Positions 49,549-60,636 of a DNA stretch of 64,000 nucleotides are shown here, one piece after another; positions within the stretch are counted from its first letter, which is position 1, and every line of letters begins with the position of its first letter. Below the pieces are notes generated by a model. The model saw nothing but the letters and a program-made list of their open reading frames with translations, was not told the DNA's origin and did no database searches. Source of the DNA: Ptychomitrium polyphyllum (lineage: Eukaryota); contig OZ316776.1 in the NCBI GenBank assembly GCA_973851085.1, forward strand, positions 11,098,001-11,162,000, written 5' to 3'. Position numbers and translations under genes: made by a program.

Positions 49549-50394
49549 CTAGAAAACATGGGAGACTGCAGCGAGCGCAAGCAGCGAGAGGACGGGGAGG
49601 GTTCTCTGGCACAGCCCCGCCACCTTGCCCAGCGGCGCCGCCGCGAGCGGATGGCTCCCAGTCAGGGTCTGGACGTTGTCGATCATGGGACCGTACTTCT
49701 CCGACATGCTCTCGAACTTGATCACCGTCTGCGCTCCGGTGCCCGTGTACACCATGCTTTGCTTCGTCCAGGTGCTGTGGCCCATCGTGTCGGTCACGTT
49801 GTACGGCACCCAGTGGATCACCCAGTCGTGCGTGGTGGCGCCCTGCATGGCCGAGACCCTGATCGCCGCCACCAGGTTGATGGGGCCGTCTGGCGCGCGC
49901 GCCACATCGTAGTGCACAGTGTACGTCTTGCCGGTGGCCGGGTTGGCCGCCAGGGTGGTCTGCAGAGAGCCCTGCGTGCCGTTGCTGGTGGTCGCCAAGC
50001 CCGGGTTGTTGAGCATGACGCAGAACTTGTTCCCGGAAGCGGCGCCCCCGTACAGGGCGCCGGGATAGATCGTCACGCCGGCGCCGCCCGGGAGCCAGTT
50101 GGGCAGGAGGGTGGTGGTGTTGTCCACCAACGTCGTGCCGGTGGTCACCGCGGTGCACTGCTCGAAGTCACCGTCGACGAGCGGGATCACGCCTCCCTTG
50201 GCTGTGGCCGCGGGGGCCGACGCCGTGGTCGGGCCGGCCGGCGACGGGGCTGGGGCGTCGAAGGCGTCGATCATGTCATCGTCGCCGAACCGCCACCCGG
50301 TCTCGGTCTCCACCAAGTCGGAGTCCATGTCCGCGCTATGCACAACGCCCACGCAGCAGAGCGCCCACATGAGCGCCACCACGCTCACCATCAT
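49549..50394 (-). CDS. DUF642-type secreted protein, copy 3
   Basis: Same architecture as copies 1 and 2; ends AAVSHVF*. Confidence 0.8.
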   Translation of the reverse strand: MMVSVVALMWALCCVGVVHSADMDSDLVETETGWRFGDDDMIDAFDAPAPSPAGPTTASAPAATAKGGVIPLVDGDFEQCTAVTTGTTLVDNTTTLLPNWLPGGAGVTIYPGALYGGAASGNKFCVMLNNPGLATTSNGTQGSLQTTLAANPATGKTYTVHYDVARAPDGPINLVAAIRVSAMQGATTHDWVIHWVPYNVTDTMGHSTWTKQSMVYTGTGAQTVIKFESMSEKYGPMIDNVQTLTGSHPLAAAPLGKVAGLCQRTLPVLSLLALAAVSHVF

Positions 50395-50762
50395 CGCCAC
50401 GGGGGCCCTGGCTCCCAAAATGGTGGGGCTCGTGGCTCTGCACCTCACAACACGGTGTCAGCACATTGAGCCTGCGTTTTCTCATGCTCCGTCAGGATTT
50501 CGGAACGCCAGCAGGACCTGTCGTTCTACGATGATCAGGGTGAGATGACGACTGAAACTCTTGCGACGAACGCATGGATCGGGAGGAGATGAGCACTCCG
50601 GACGCGCTCTAGATCGCAGGATGAGAGCGGGGAAGAGAGGATCGGGCTAGTCTACATCCCTGAGGCAAGCTGTCTGCCATACATCCGGTGGTTGCAATGG
50701 CGCCAAGTGATTGCAACCAAGGAAGGATGAGACCTTTCCAAAGTGATCGAATTTTGCTCGAA
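49561..50762 (-). repeat. Right arm of the ~1.2 kb inverted repeat (partner 42890-44090)
   Basis: Reverse complement of 42890-44090. Confidence 0.93.
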
Positions 50763-52352
50763 TGCGATAGCCAGTTTTCATAGCACGTATCTAAGAGAAT
50801 CGGCAAGGCTTCTTGGCGGGTTCTTGTAGAATCCAACAGCATAGTCACGTGGACAAAAAGGCGAAGTGTTTAAGCTTACACCTCTGCTCTTCACAACCCT
50901 CGAGCAGCTTTCTCTATATCCGTAGGGGATGTGGACGCTTTTCTGCTATCCTGAGGGTATCCATTTTCATTCTCTGGGAATTTATCCGCATAATATGAGA
51001 CGATTCACTATTTAAAGTGCACTGTCAAGAACACCATCATGTACGACTGTTACCGCTAATAAATGGGCCCCGACAGTCCAGGATATTCACAGTGATTATG
51101 CCGATTTGGAGAATATGGTTGGTCAGCATGGCAGATGCCATGGGATTATCCTGACAGGTTATTCTTGAGTAAGAATGCTATATGATCACCGGAATTAGCA
51201 ATCAAATGAGTCTAAATGATAGAAACGAAATGTGAAGAGAGTCACGAGTTAGGAAGAATATTATTGAAGCACTCACTCGCAATGCATGTGTTTCCCATTG
51301 GTGATGTCCCTGTTAATTTTAGTCAATGCTAAAGTTGTGCATGTGTGTTTTTCACAGACCCAAAAACTTCAGATTTCCATGACCAAAAATGTCCAGCAAG
51401 AGAAAGTATGTCATACTTGGCAAACGTTGATGATGATTCATGTCTCAGCCTGCGCAAAGACGGCTTCCTTTGTTGCCGATACTCCAATCCTGATAAACCA
51501 TCATTGCGCCTTCCCATGATTACAATGTTAAATGCAGATCAGACGCGGCCTTCAAATATACACTCTGACTTTCGGTTCAGAAACTACACAGCTTATGGAG
51601 CAAAACCAGGCATCAACCTCACTGTTCAAAGGCTCATCACAGTTTGCTGACCTAGGTAGCGAAAATTTTCCAACTACTCAAATGCTCGTGAACCTACCAT
51701 GCGAGGGCGTGCACACAGATACAGAGCGCGAATGAAAGTTGGAGGGTGGTTAGCAGAATTGAGGGGGCCTGCAGCAGCGCCTTACCGGCTCTTCAAATGC
51801 TGCAAAAACCGCCTCATTCTCGTTCGTCACATGGGATCTCATCCGACTTACGTGACGCTTCACACGGGCTCCTAGACAGCGGCGGAACGGCGAATTCTAA
51901 AACATTGTCATTTGGCGAAAGACAGAATTTCATCCAAGTCGTGTCCAATCTGATCTCAGAAACTCCACTCATAACCCACCCTCCGGAATCCACGCGCCTC
52001 CATACCTCGAAGCATTGAATAAATCTTCATGATATGTTGTAGTTGCAGCTATTTCTTAGCTCACTACACTAGTGTCTCCCAAATGTGCTGTCTCCTCAAA
52101 TCTCATTGTTCACAGCCGAAAGATACAGTTACAGTAGAATGTGCACATTGATAGTTGAGATACCCAGCGTACGGTGGTCACATTGTTCTTGGTGGCATGT
52201 TGAAGACATAAAACCATCCTTCAGTTGCAAAGAATGGAATCCTGACTTTCGTCCTAAGCTGCTGTTCGAATAATCTATATTAGGATACATCCGAAAAGAA
52301 GGAAGAGTTTCTTCCTAAGCAATACGCATACAAGACGTAAGCAGACAATCGA

Positions 52353-55300
52353 TTATTGTAGATTCTGAAGATAATTATACACTTGTTTTAGACTCCCCCT
52401 AGATGGCCGTGCACTTGAATAAAAACCTGCAAGCTGTACTAGACTTTGTCTAACCTCAGACTTAGAAATAGTTCTAGGATTCAAGCCAGCACTGCAAAAG
52501 TTACCTGCAAGTCTAACGATGATGAGTCAGAATTTCAACGAGGTAACAAGATTTCCCCTCTAAGAACGCAAAAATGTAATCTTACTTAATAAGCACGACA
52601 TCATAATAGTTTTGAATTTTATTGACCAAGGATATAGCATTCTAACATGCAGAGATCCTTCAATATTCATTAATGAGCTTCTAGACGAAAGATATGATTT
52701 AAAAAGAACAGTGGAGCTTACCCATAAAGTCAAAGCAAGAAAGCTGAACTGCGAGACAAACGCACACACTTATGTCTTCACCTGCACGCATGGTGGCACA
52801 AACACCATTTGGTAAGAATATTTTCTGCAGCATACCCAAGTGTCATATAGCAAGACTACTAGTATATGGATAATTACAACAGGGGCACCAAAAACCTCAA
52901 ATAAAACATATGCAGTGAAGCTTCTACAATTTGTCAATCATATTTACAATTTGCTAAGCACATAGAAGTAGGAAACTGCTCACCCAATCATAACAAACTT
53001 GACTTACCATCTGGGCAGCATATGAGAAGTGAGAGCCCATTTGCTAACTTCTCCCTTGCAAATTCGACAGCTTCGGGTAAGTGATTTTGCAAAGAGTGGC
53101 GGTCAAACTTTGAGCCCTGAATTTTCAAAGAGAATTCCTCCAATTACAAAAACTGAGAAAATATTGTATAATGAGGTTGCATTCAAGATTTTTCACCCAA
53201 ACTTCAGCTTGATGCAAAACCATAGGATCCAAGCCTCATATCTAAAGAGTGATACATTCTTGCTTACCACAACTGGAAGGTGAAGATAGGAATTTTCCCA
53301 GTTACTTGACGCTAAGCATGCGGACGAGCAAACGTCTAAAACACAATCCACAACCTCACGCAGGGAGTCCGCTTGACCTGATCATATGATATAGAGGTGT
53401 TCAGCTAAATCAGAAAGAGGGTCAAGTAGATAGAAAATATTTAACTAAACTTTCCAGGTTTCACATGAATAGTTTTTAAGTCACTATGTCGTTAAAGGTA
53501 GATGAAGGTCTATAAAAGTCAGAGAGCATGATCTCCTGGAAAGAATTCAAAACACAACTCAGAGCGATCTAGTCGTTAGCTTTGTCCTAATGCTAGATAC
53601 GATCAAGTTGAAATCATATAGTCAGTAGACTCATTATCCATATCCTAGAGCTGTCCAGGAAAACAGAGATGATAAAAACTTACAGCATGAAGAGCCACCA
53701 ACAGCGAGTCCAGTTGAACCAATCCAATGTAAACCGGGAATTATATCAGGTGGATGCCCTTTGGGAGGATTTACACACTTCACTCCCATACTCTGGCTAA
53801 ATACATCTTGCAGTGTTTGGGATTCCCTTTCCTCGAGTGTCAAATGGCATCTGTCGCCAGAATATCCAGAATCTCTTAGTTTCCTCACAGGATCGGCAAG
53901 CTTTCCAGCAGATTTCACTTTCACTTGTGGCGCATCTTGACCTCTTAACGCTCTATGAACACGCTCGCGTTCTACCAAGTCTGCTACTTTGCGATTGCAA
54001 TCCCCTGGACCATCATTGACAAGGTCATACGCGTGCTTCCAGAACAGAGTAGGGGTGAGGCCTCGCGCCCAACTCTCCTCATCATCTGCTGCACCTGGAA
54101 TATAACTCCAGCTGAATTCTGCATCAGTCATCCGCTGAGTGCAACTCATTGGCTGAGATGCTGAGACCAGGAAAAGAGGGGTAAAATCCAGAGTCTCGAT
54201 ATCTACAACTTCATTCAACCAGATCACTGTCCTCTGGGAGACCCACAGAGTCCGGATGGGCTTCCTAAGCGTCCGAGAAAGAGGGCCAAGGTCTGCTCCA
54301 CAAGATCTAAGATCTTCTACCCATGTATCTAGCCGATTGGCAATGTTATTTTTCTCGGTTTCGGATACCCAGATTGGCAAGTGTAGCTGGCAATCCCAAT
54401 CTAAAGAATTTAAAGCTGACCCATTTTCTTCAGAGTCAAGAGCATCTTCCAGTGGCTTCAGATGATGTGGTTTTTCATTGAGATTTTTGCGAAGATTAGT
54501 CAGGGCACGATTAATCACACATGTCCAAATAGGTATTGTTTTTGACATGCTGTCTGGGAAACGCTTCCCCTTTCTTGTGGCATCAACAATAATACAACCG
54601 CCTTTCTCTGCTGCAAAATCACAGATAGAAATACCACACAGACAGCAACGCAGAATAAAAATTCAGTAAGTGACGTGGTCGCCATATGGGCCAAAAGCAA
54701 GACGGTCAAGGTTGAGTCAAGACAGCTACCCAGGAATATAAATCCTAACCTAAGATACATAATTATGTAAGGACATACCTCGCTCTCACTCAGGCATTTA
54801 CCGGTCTTGTAAATCGATGCTACCTCCCAGTCTTGCTCTCTTTGAGATACCTGGGATGATACAAGACCGGCCGACACCTGTGTGAGAACTGTATGGTTAC
54901 CAGTTTAACAGGAAAATAGTCCTGCATGGGAGGCAATTGTACAGTAACAACCTCCAAAACTCCAGAAAATCAAGACACTCTATCATGGTAAAAATCACAG
55001 TTAAATAGTTCATAAAATGCAATATACTGGACCCAGAAGGACATAGAAATCGCATGAAGACTCATCGAGTGCTCCAACAACCAGGGATATCAACATTCAG
55101 CCCATCAACCTCGCTCTTTCTCCAGCATAGTGCAAAAAAATCAAGAAGTGAAAGGCTGTTCGACAAGGATTTTGAACGAACGAAGAATATACCAAATTGG
55201 ACGTCCAGAAACTAATCACGCACAAAGATCAGGTTCCTGAACTCCTCGTAAGGTAAATTAACGGCACAATTCAAGTATGGAGGCTCACCCGGCTTCTACA

Positions 55301-55923
55301 CAGGAGAACCCGTGATCAGGTTTGCTAGGATGGGTTCACGAAGAAACCAACCTACAGCATTAGATGTTGGCCTTCTTCTCTCTTCTCTCCTCTCTCTTCT
55401 CTCTTCTATCAAGTCTCTTCTCCTCTCTTGTCCTTTCTTGATTCTCGAGTCTCACAACTTGGCTATTACCCATTACATGTAGCTGATGAGCCCTCCATAC
55501 TTGGATTAACCAGCTGTGGCACTTCAGACACCTCAAATACATCCAAAGCTGGGCACTCTCCAAAATCGATCGCGCACAGAAGGTGTTTGCAAGAAGAAAG
55601 TGGGTGTCTAGAGTTCAAGGGTTTAAGAGTTCGGAATTTAGGGTTTGAGGCTAACCAGCGAGCTGAGCGACGTGGAGGTTGAGGCGCGTGACGTTGAAGG
55701 ACCAGTTACCGTTGTGGCCGTCCGTGGACTTGAAGTAGCAGGTGCCATGGAAGCTGGGGTGGTACCAGAGGCCGCAGCGGAGGTTGGCGAGGAGCGGCAG
55801 GCGCGGCCAGAGGTTGGCGATCTCCGTGACGAACAGGGAGTCGTGGTAGATGGAGCGCACGGCATTGTACAGCGAATGCTCCTTCCTCTTGATCTGCCGC
55901 GACACCTTGTAGATGCTCTCCAT
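52353..55923 (-). CDS. RIT1: Initiator tRNA A64 2'-O-phosphoribosyltransferase (Rit1), 6 exons: 55923-55656, 54610-53684, 53377-53268, 53116-53008, 52781-52722, 52504-52353
   Basis: Signature motifs ANLRCGLWY, CYFKSTDGH, GGCIIVDATRKGKRFPDSMSKTIPIW, YIPGAADDEESWARGLTP, SKFDRHSL, CCPDGEDISVCV, ARPSRGSLKQV; all junctions are GT-AG and in phase. Confidence 0.95.
55638..55646 (-). promoter_or_regulatory. Telo-box (AAACCCTAA) at the start of RIT1 intron 1
   Basis: ttagggttt on the plus strand. Telo-boxes are known to be enriched near the 5' ends of plant translation-related genes; function here is untested. Confidence 0.4.
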
Positions 55924-55926
55924 GCG

Positions 55927-55930
<4 letters not shown>

Positions 55931-56010
<80 letters not shown>
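55931..56010. repeat. (CT)40 microsatellite, i.e. (AG)40 on the RIT1 sense strand, 7 nt upstream of the ATG
   Basis: Directly visible, uninterrupted. Confidence 0.97.
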
Positions 56011-56015
<5 letters not shown>

Positions 56016-57440
56016 TGCTTTTCTTCCACAATATGCACCGCCACCGCAAACCAAATTTCCCACCCTCCAGCACGGCCACAGACTGGGAACTGCGAGCCTG
56101 CAACGCTCGGGAGGAGCCTCCTAAACCCGCCAGCCTCCCAATTCCATCGCCTACCCTACTACAGGTGCAATCTATGTGAGGTATCATATAAATGAGATAT
56201 ATCATTTCTTAGAGTAGCACCATATAAGGCACTTCACGGAGGAGCCCGCACACCCGTCCATTTTCAGGAGTGGTACACTGCCGCGACTCAGTCGGAGAGG
56301 TTGACAAACTAGAAGCGGAATGTTTCGTTGGTATTTGTGAATGGAAATGGATCTGCCATGTGCCATATGGTTCCAATCTCAGAAATGATCAGCTTCACCA
56401 TTTTAACGATTCTTCTCAGTTACAATATTTTAAATTTTCGTTTGTTTGTATTTTAGACATACCTTCAGTTCATAAATGTTCAAGTTTTTACTCTCATGCA
56501 TTTCCAAAGCTGAATAGTCCAAACCCGTTAATTCTGTAAGTAAGTTGTGAATCCATCGAGGGAATTCAAAGAGACTTCACTTGCATATAATGTAATACTT
56601 GTTGATCATCGTAAGCTGATTCGTTTAATGTCTGTTTACTACACCGTCACCGTGCCACGCAAGCAGGGGCACCCATCAATCCATCCACTGTGGCAGAGCC
56701 CTGCCGACGCAGGCCATGCCTGGCTTCCCCTTCCCAAGACCAGCAAAGCCCCTCGGCTATGGCTTCCCTTGCAGGCTGTCCTCACTCCAGTCTCCCATTC
56801 CCTTCCAGGCTGCACCGTATTTCTCCACAATCCACATGTCCCTGCCGAACGGTGCCTTGGAGTGTTTCCCTCGCATGGTCCCCAGAGTTTCACTCGCCCA
56901 GGATCGCCTTCGTAACCCCCACACAGGGTCACCTTCTACCTTCTTTCCAATTTGTCATCCTCTGCCGCATTCTTCTAACTTTGCAGCTAACCTTTCCTGG
57001 TAAGTTATGTCACTGTAAGATCCGTGTTCCTGCTTTTCTGAGTTTGAACAACATGTGGAGGTTTGCTTCCTCTTGAGGTGCTTGTAAAGGTTGGAGTTTT
57101 GGTTTGGAGTGAGTGGTGTTTTGAATTGGGTACAGGTGTTCGTTTTGGTACTCTGATCGGGGATGTCTTTGTTGTTTCTAATTGTGTTGTCTTGATTTGA
57201 GTTGTTGTGATTCTTGGGTTTGGAGAGAGTTTGGTGGGAGGTGAGTCGATGGATGTCATGCTATGGGTTTAGATGGAGGTGATGAAGGAGGAGTTTATTT
57301 CTTATGTTTGCTTGAGTTGAGGGGAGTGGAGTTGCTGTAGGTGGGATAGTACTCTACATTGTTCTTTAATCTGGTGTTTTATGGGGAGTGCTTATGTGTG
57401 TGGGTTTGTTGTTTGCAGTTGAGGGAGAGAATTTGGGGCC

Positions 57441-60400
57441 ATGGCGATGCGGATCTCTGCTTTTCGTCTATCTCTTCTTGCAAGGAGAGCAGTTGGGGCT
57501 GCATTGCGACCTCTGCAAAGCACGGCTCTGTACAGCACGAGCTCGGACAGTCAGCCTATCAATGACACCGACTACTTGCTGGGAACACTGCCGGAAACCA
57601 TGAAAGCAGCGGTGTTTTGGGAACCCAGAAAGCCTATGACAATCGAGGAGCTCAAAATGCCTCGTCCTCAATTTGGCGAAGTTCTGATTAGAACCAAAGG
57701 TGCTATACCCCATTTACTAGAGCCACACTATAGCGACACCATAGCCGGAATTGGAGTCATTGTGTTGGCAGGGTCAATGCACATATATTGGGCCAGTAGT
57801 AAGCTGGTCGGAAGTCTGAATGTTAGTAGTACAAACTTTGTATTGGAGTTGCTACCGCGAGAACAATCAGGAATATGCATTCTAAGTTGATGTTTTGGGA
57901 GGCCATCCAAGAATCTTGCCTCTTACTATTACAATCTAGTGCGGTCGTCTGCGGTTCTGATATTTCCAAAATTGATCGCTAAGTATTATGCATTGGAAAA
58001 GCTCATGCTAGGTTTGCAAAGTACTGGAAACCTGTGTAAGCTTATGCTTAATTCGTATGATCCGTTTGTAATCATTCTTCTTGAATGCTTTGGAGAACCT
58101 TTTATGGGTACTGACGTTGATGAGTTCTTGCGTTGTGCAGCGTGTGGGGTTTGTCATTCGGATTTGCACGTTATAAACAAGGACCTGCCATATTCAATTC
58201 CGTGCGTCCTTGGCCATGAAGTTACAGGAGAGGTTATAGCACACGGAAAGCATACTGATTCGGCGACCATCAAGAGGTTTGGTTCATCTGCATTGATTCA
58301 ATAAGTTTTTCGATGACCACGTCATGTTTCCTTTTGTCCATGTTAAGTATATCCATCAAAATCGTGGTACATAGGGTCTGTGGTATGTTTGTCTCTAGGC
58401 ACTCGGATCATATTCTATTCAAAATTTTCATGACAAGACTAGAATTGTGGAAGTTCACATATGAAAGCATTGGTGGCTTTGATTGGTGCAGATTGCCTGT
58501 GGGGTCGCGAGTTGTGGGTTCATTCATCATGCCTTGCGGTGGCTGTTTCTTCTGTGTGAAGGTATTACCACCTTCGTGTACCTTATTCTAATGATGTGTG
58601 GTGTCCTTGTTTATGTCAAGTGCACAAGATTATCTGGGTATTGCAACTGGCAAAGTGATTGTCGTTGCTCTTGGTTGCAATGTTCTCTGCGACTTATGAC
58701 ATTGTTCATAACTTTTTTCCATGTTAAATTGCTGTTTACAGGGTCAAGAGGACTTATGTGAGAGCTTCTTTAAGTACAATCGAGGAATGGGAGGTCTTTA
58801 CGATGGGACAACACGACTTTACATGTCTACCAGTGGTACACATTCGTCTATTGCGCATCACTCCAGCAAGTCTTGCTTTCATTATATACATCCATATGCA
58901 ACATAATATTGTGTTGAAAAGCAGTTTGATTTATCTTCGCAAACTGTCGGGATCATAATTCGAAATTTGTTTCTGCTGGAAATGACCCCTCTCTAGAATT
59001 TTCTAGAGTGAATAACCTTATGGTACCTTTTGCAGGGGATCCCGTATATATGTACAGCATGGGTGGCCTAGCTGAGTACTGTGTTGTTCCTGCGAATGGA
59101 CTAGCTGTAATTCCTGAATCTTTGCCTTACTCTGAGTCTGCCATCATTGGATGCGCTGTATTCACAGCATATGGAGCTATGAAAAATGCCGCTGATATGC
59201 GTGCAGGGGAGACTGTCGCTATCATTGGGACTGGTGGAGTGGGATCTAGGTATCATCTCAATAGACCATCTCTAGTATAATTAGGCTACCTATGCTACCT
59301 ATTTAGACAGCATATTGGATGAGTATATCAAAGTATAACACCATAATTTACCTTAGAGTAGAAAACATATACTCTTACGCATTCCTCCACTTTAAATGGA
59401 GTCCGTGTAAGGCAGCGAAATTTCTTGCGGAACCTTGAATTGTAGGAAGTGTTTAAATAACTGTTTGGTAGACACGACAATGATAGAGAGTCTGTTTCTT
59501 AGCTGTGTGCAGGTTGCACGTGCCTTTGGAGGTCGAATAGTTATTGGTGTTGACATAAGTGATAAGAAACTAGAGATGGCTAAGCAAATGGGTGCAACAC
59601 ACACGGTTAATGCTGCTAAAGAGGATGTTCCAGAGAGAATTAGGGTAAGTTTATCCACTTTCCGTACGCATCCATGATCATAGGATTAGTCAAGCTACAC
59701 AGATCAATAATTTTTATTTTGTTGTATACATCTAATGATCCCGATTATGAATTTCAGGCAATCACTGGTCCTTTGAAACGTTCTTAAACCTTGTGTATAA
59801 TCCATCTTTTCCACGCGTAGAGGGTGCAAAAGGCTTTATGGAACCAGTTACCACACAGTTCAGTTAGATCAGCGTGAGCTCGTTCAGCATCATGAACGAT
59901 GCTCTTCATTCAGAATGCGCAATACTGGGATTTGATATGATTATTAAGGCTGCTTAAGTTAGTTTAGTTACTAGGCAAGGCATTTCATTTTGTGTTGATT
60001 GTATATTAATTGGGGCAGTTCGATTGGTTTGAAACTCTTCAGGAAATCACAGGTGGACGAGGAGTTGATATAGCTGTAGAGGCCTTGGGAAAGCCAGTTA
60101 CTTTTAACCAAGCAGTTATGTCAGTCAGAGATGGGGGTAAAGCTGTCATGATTGGTCTTGCTCCCTCAGGTGTCACTTCTGACGTTGATATCACTCGGCT
60201 TGTTCGCAGACAGGTACTTTCTTTCTCCTCATTCTGATTCTGATTCTCTTGCAGTTCTCAGATGATTGAACTGGTTAGAAACAAACATGGGGAAGGATGC
60301 TGATGTGATCAAATCGTGAACAAAAGCTAATAGTAATATTTCTCCTGCCTGCACTCGTTGACACCACACAGAGACACTTGCGAATTTTCTCCAAAATCCA

Positions 60401-60636
60401 ATACTCTCTTAGTGACTGATGCTATCCTTCTGTTGATCCTCCAGATTAAAATTGTTGGTTCGTATGGAGCAAGAGCGAGGCAGGACCTTCCAAACATAGT
60501 GGGTCTTGCAGAGTTGGGCTTCTTGAAGATTGAGTCAGCTGTGACTCAGAAACGAAAATTGGAGGAGGCTGACGAAGTTTATGCCGAGCTAGATAGGGGA
60601 GAGATTGGAGGTCGTGCTATTATAGAACTGCACTGA
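57441..60636 (+). CDS. Zn-dependent medium-chain alcohol dehydrogenase with organellar-type N-terminal extension (resembles the Arabidopsis At5g63620 type), 8 exons: 57441-57699, 58141-58276, 58492-58561, 58742-58835, 59036-59249, 59503-59644, 60043-60213, 60445-60636
   Basis: MKAAVFWEP...ACGVCHSDLH, GHEVTG, CGGCFFCVKGQEDLC (structural Zn), GCAVFTAYGA, IIGTGGVG, GGRGVDIAVEALG, IVGSYGARARQDLP. Arg/Ser/Leu/Ala-rich N-terminus. Junctions are in phase. Confidence 0.94.

Noticed and set aside
32327..60636. Biosynthetic gene cluster (NmrA reductases, polyprenol reductase, ADH)
   Set aside because: No scaffold-forming enzyme (terpene synthase, PKS, etc.) in the window, and PPRD, RIT1 and this ADH type look like conserved housekeeping genes.
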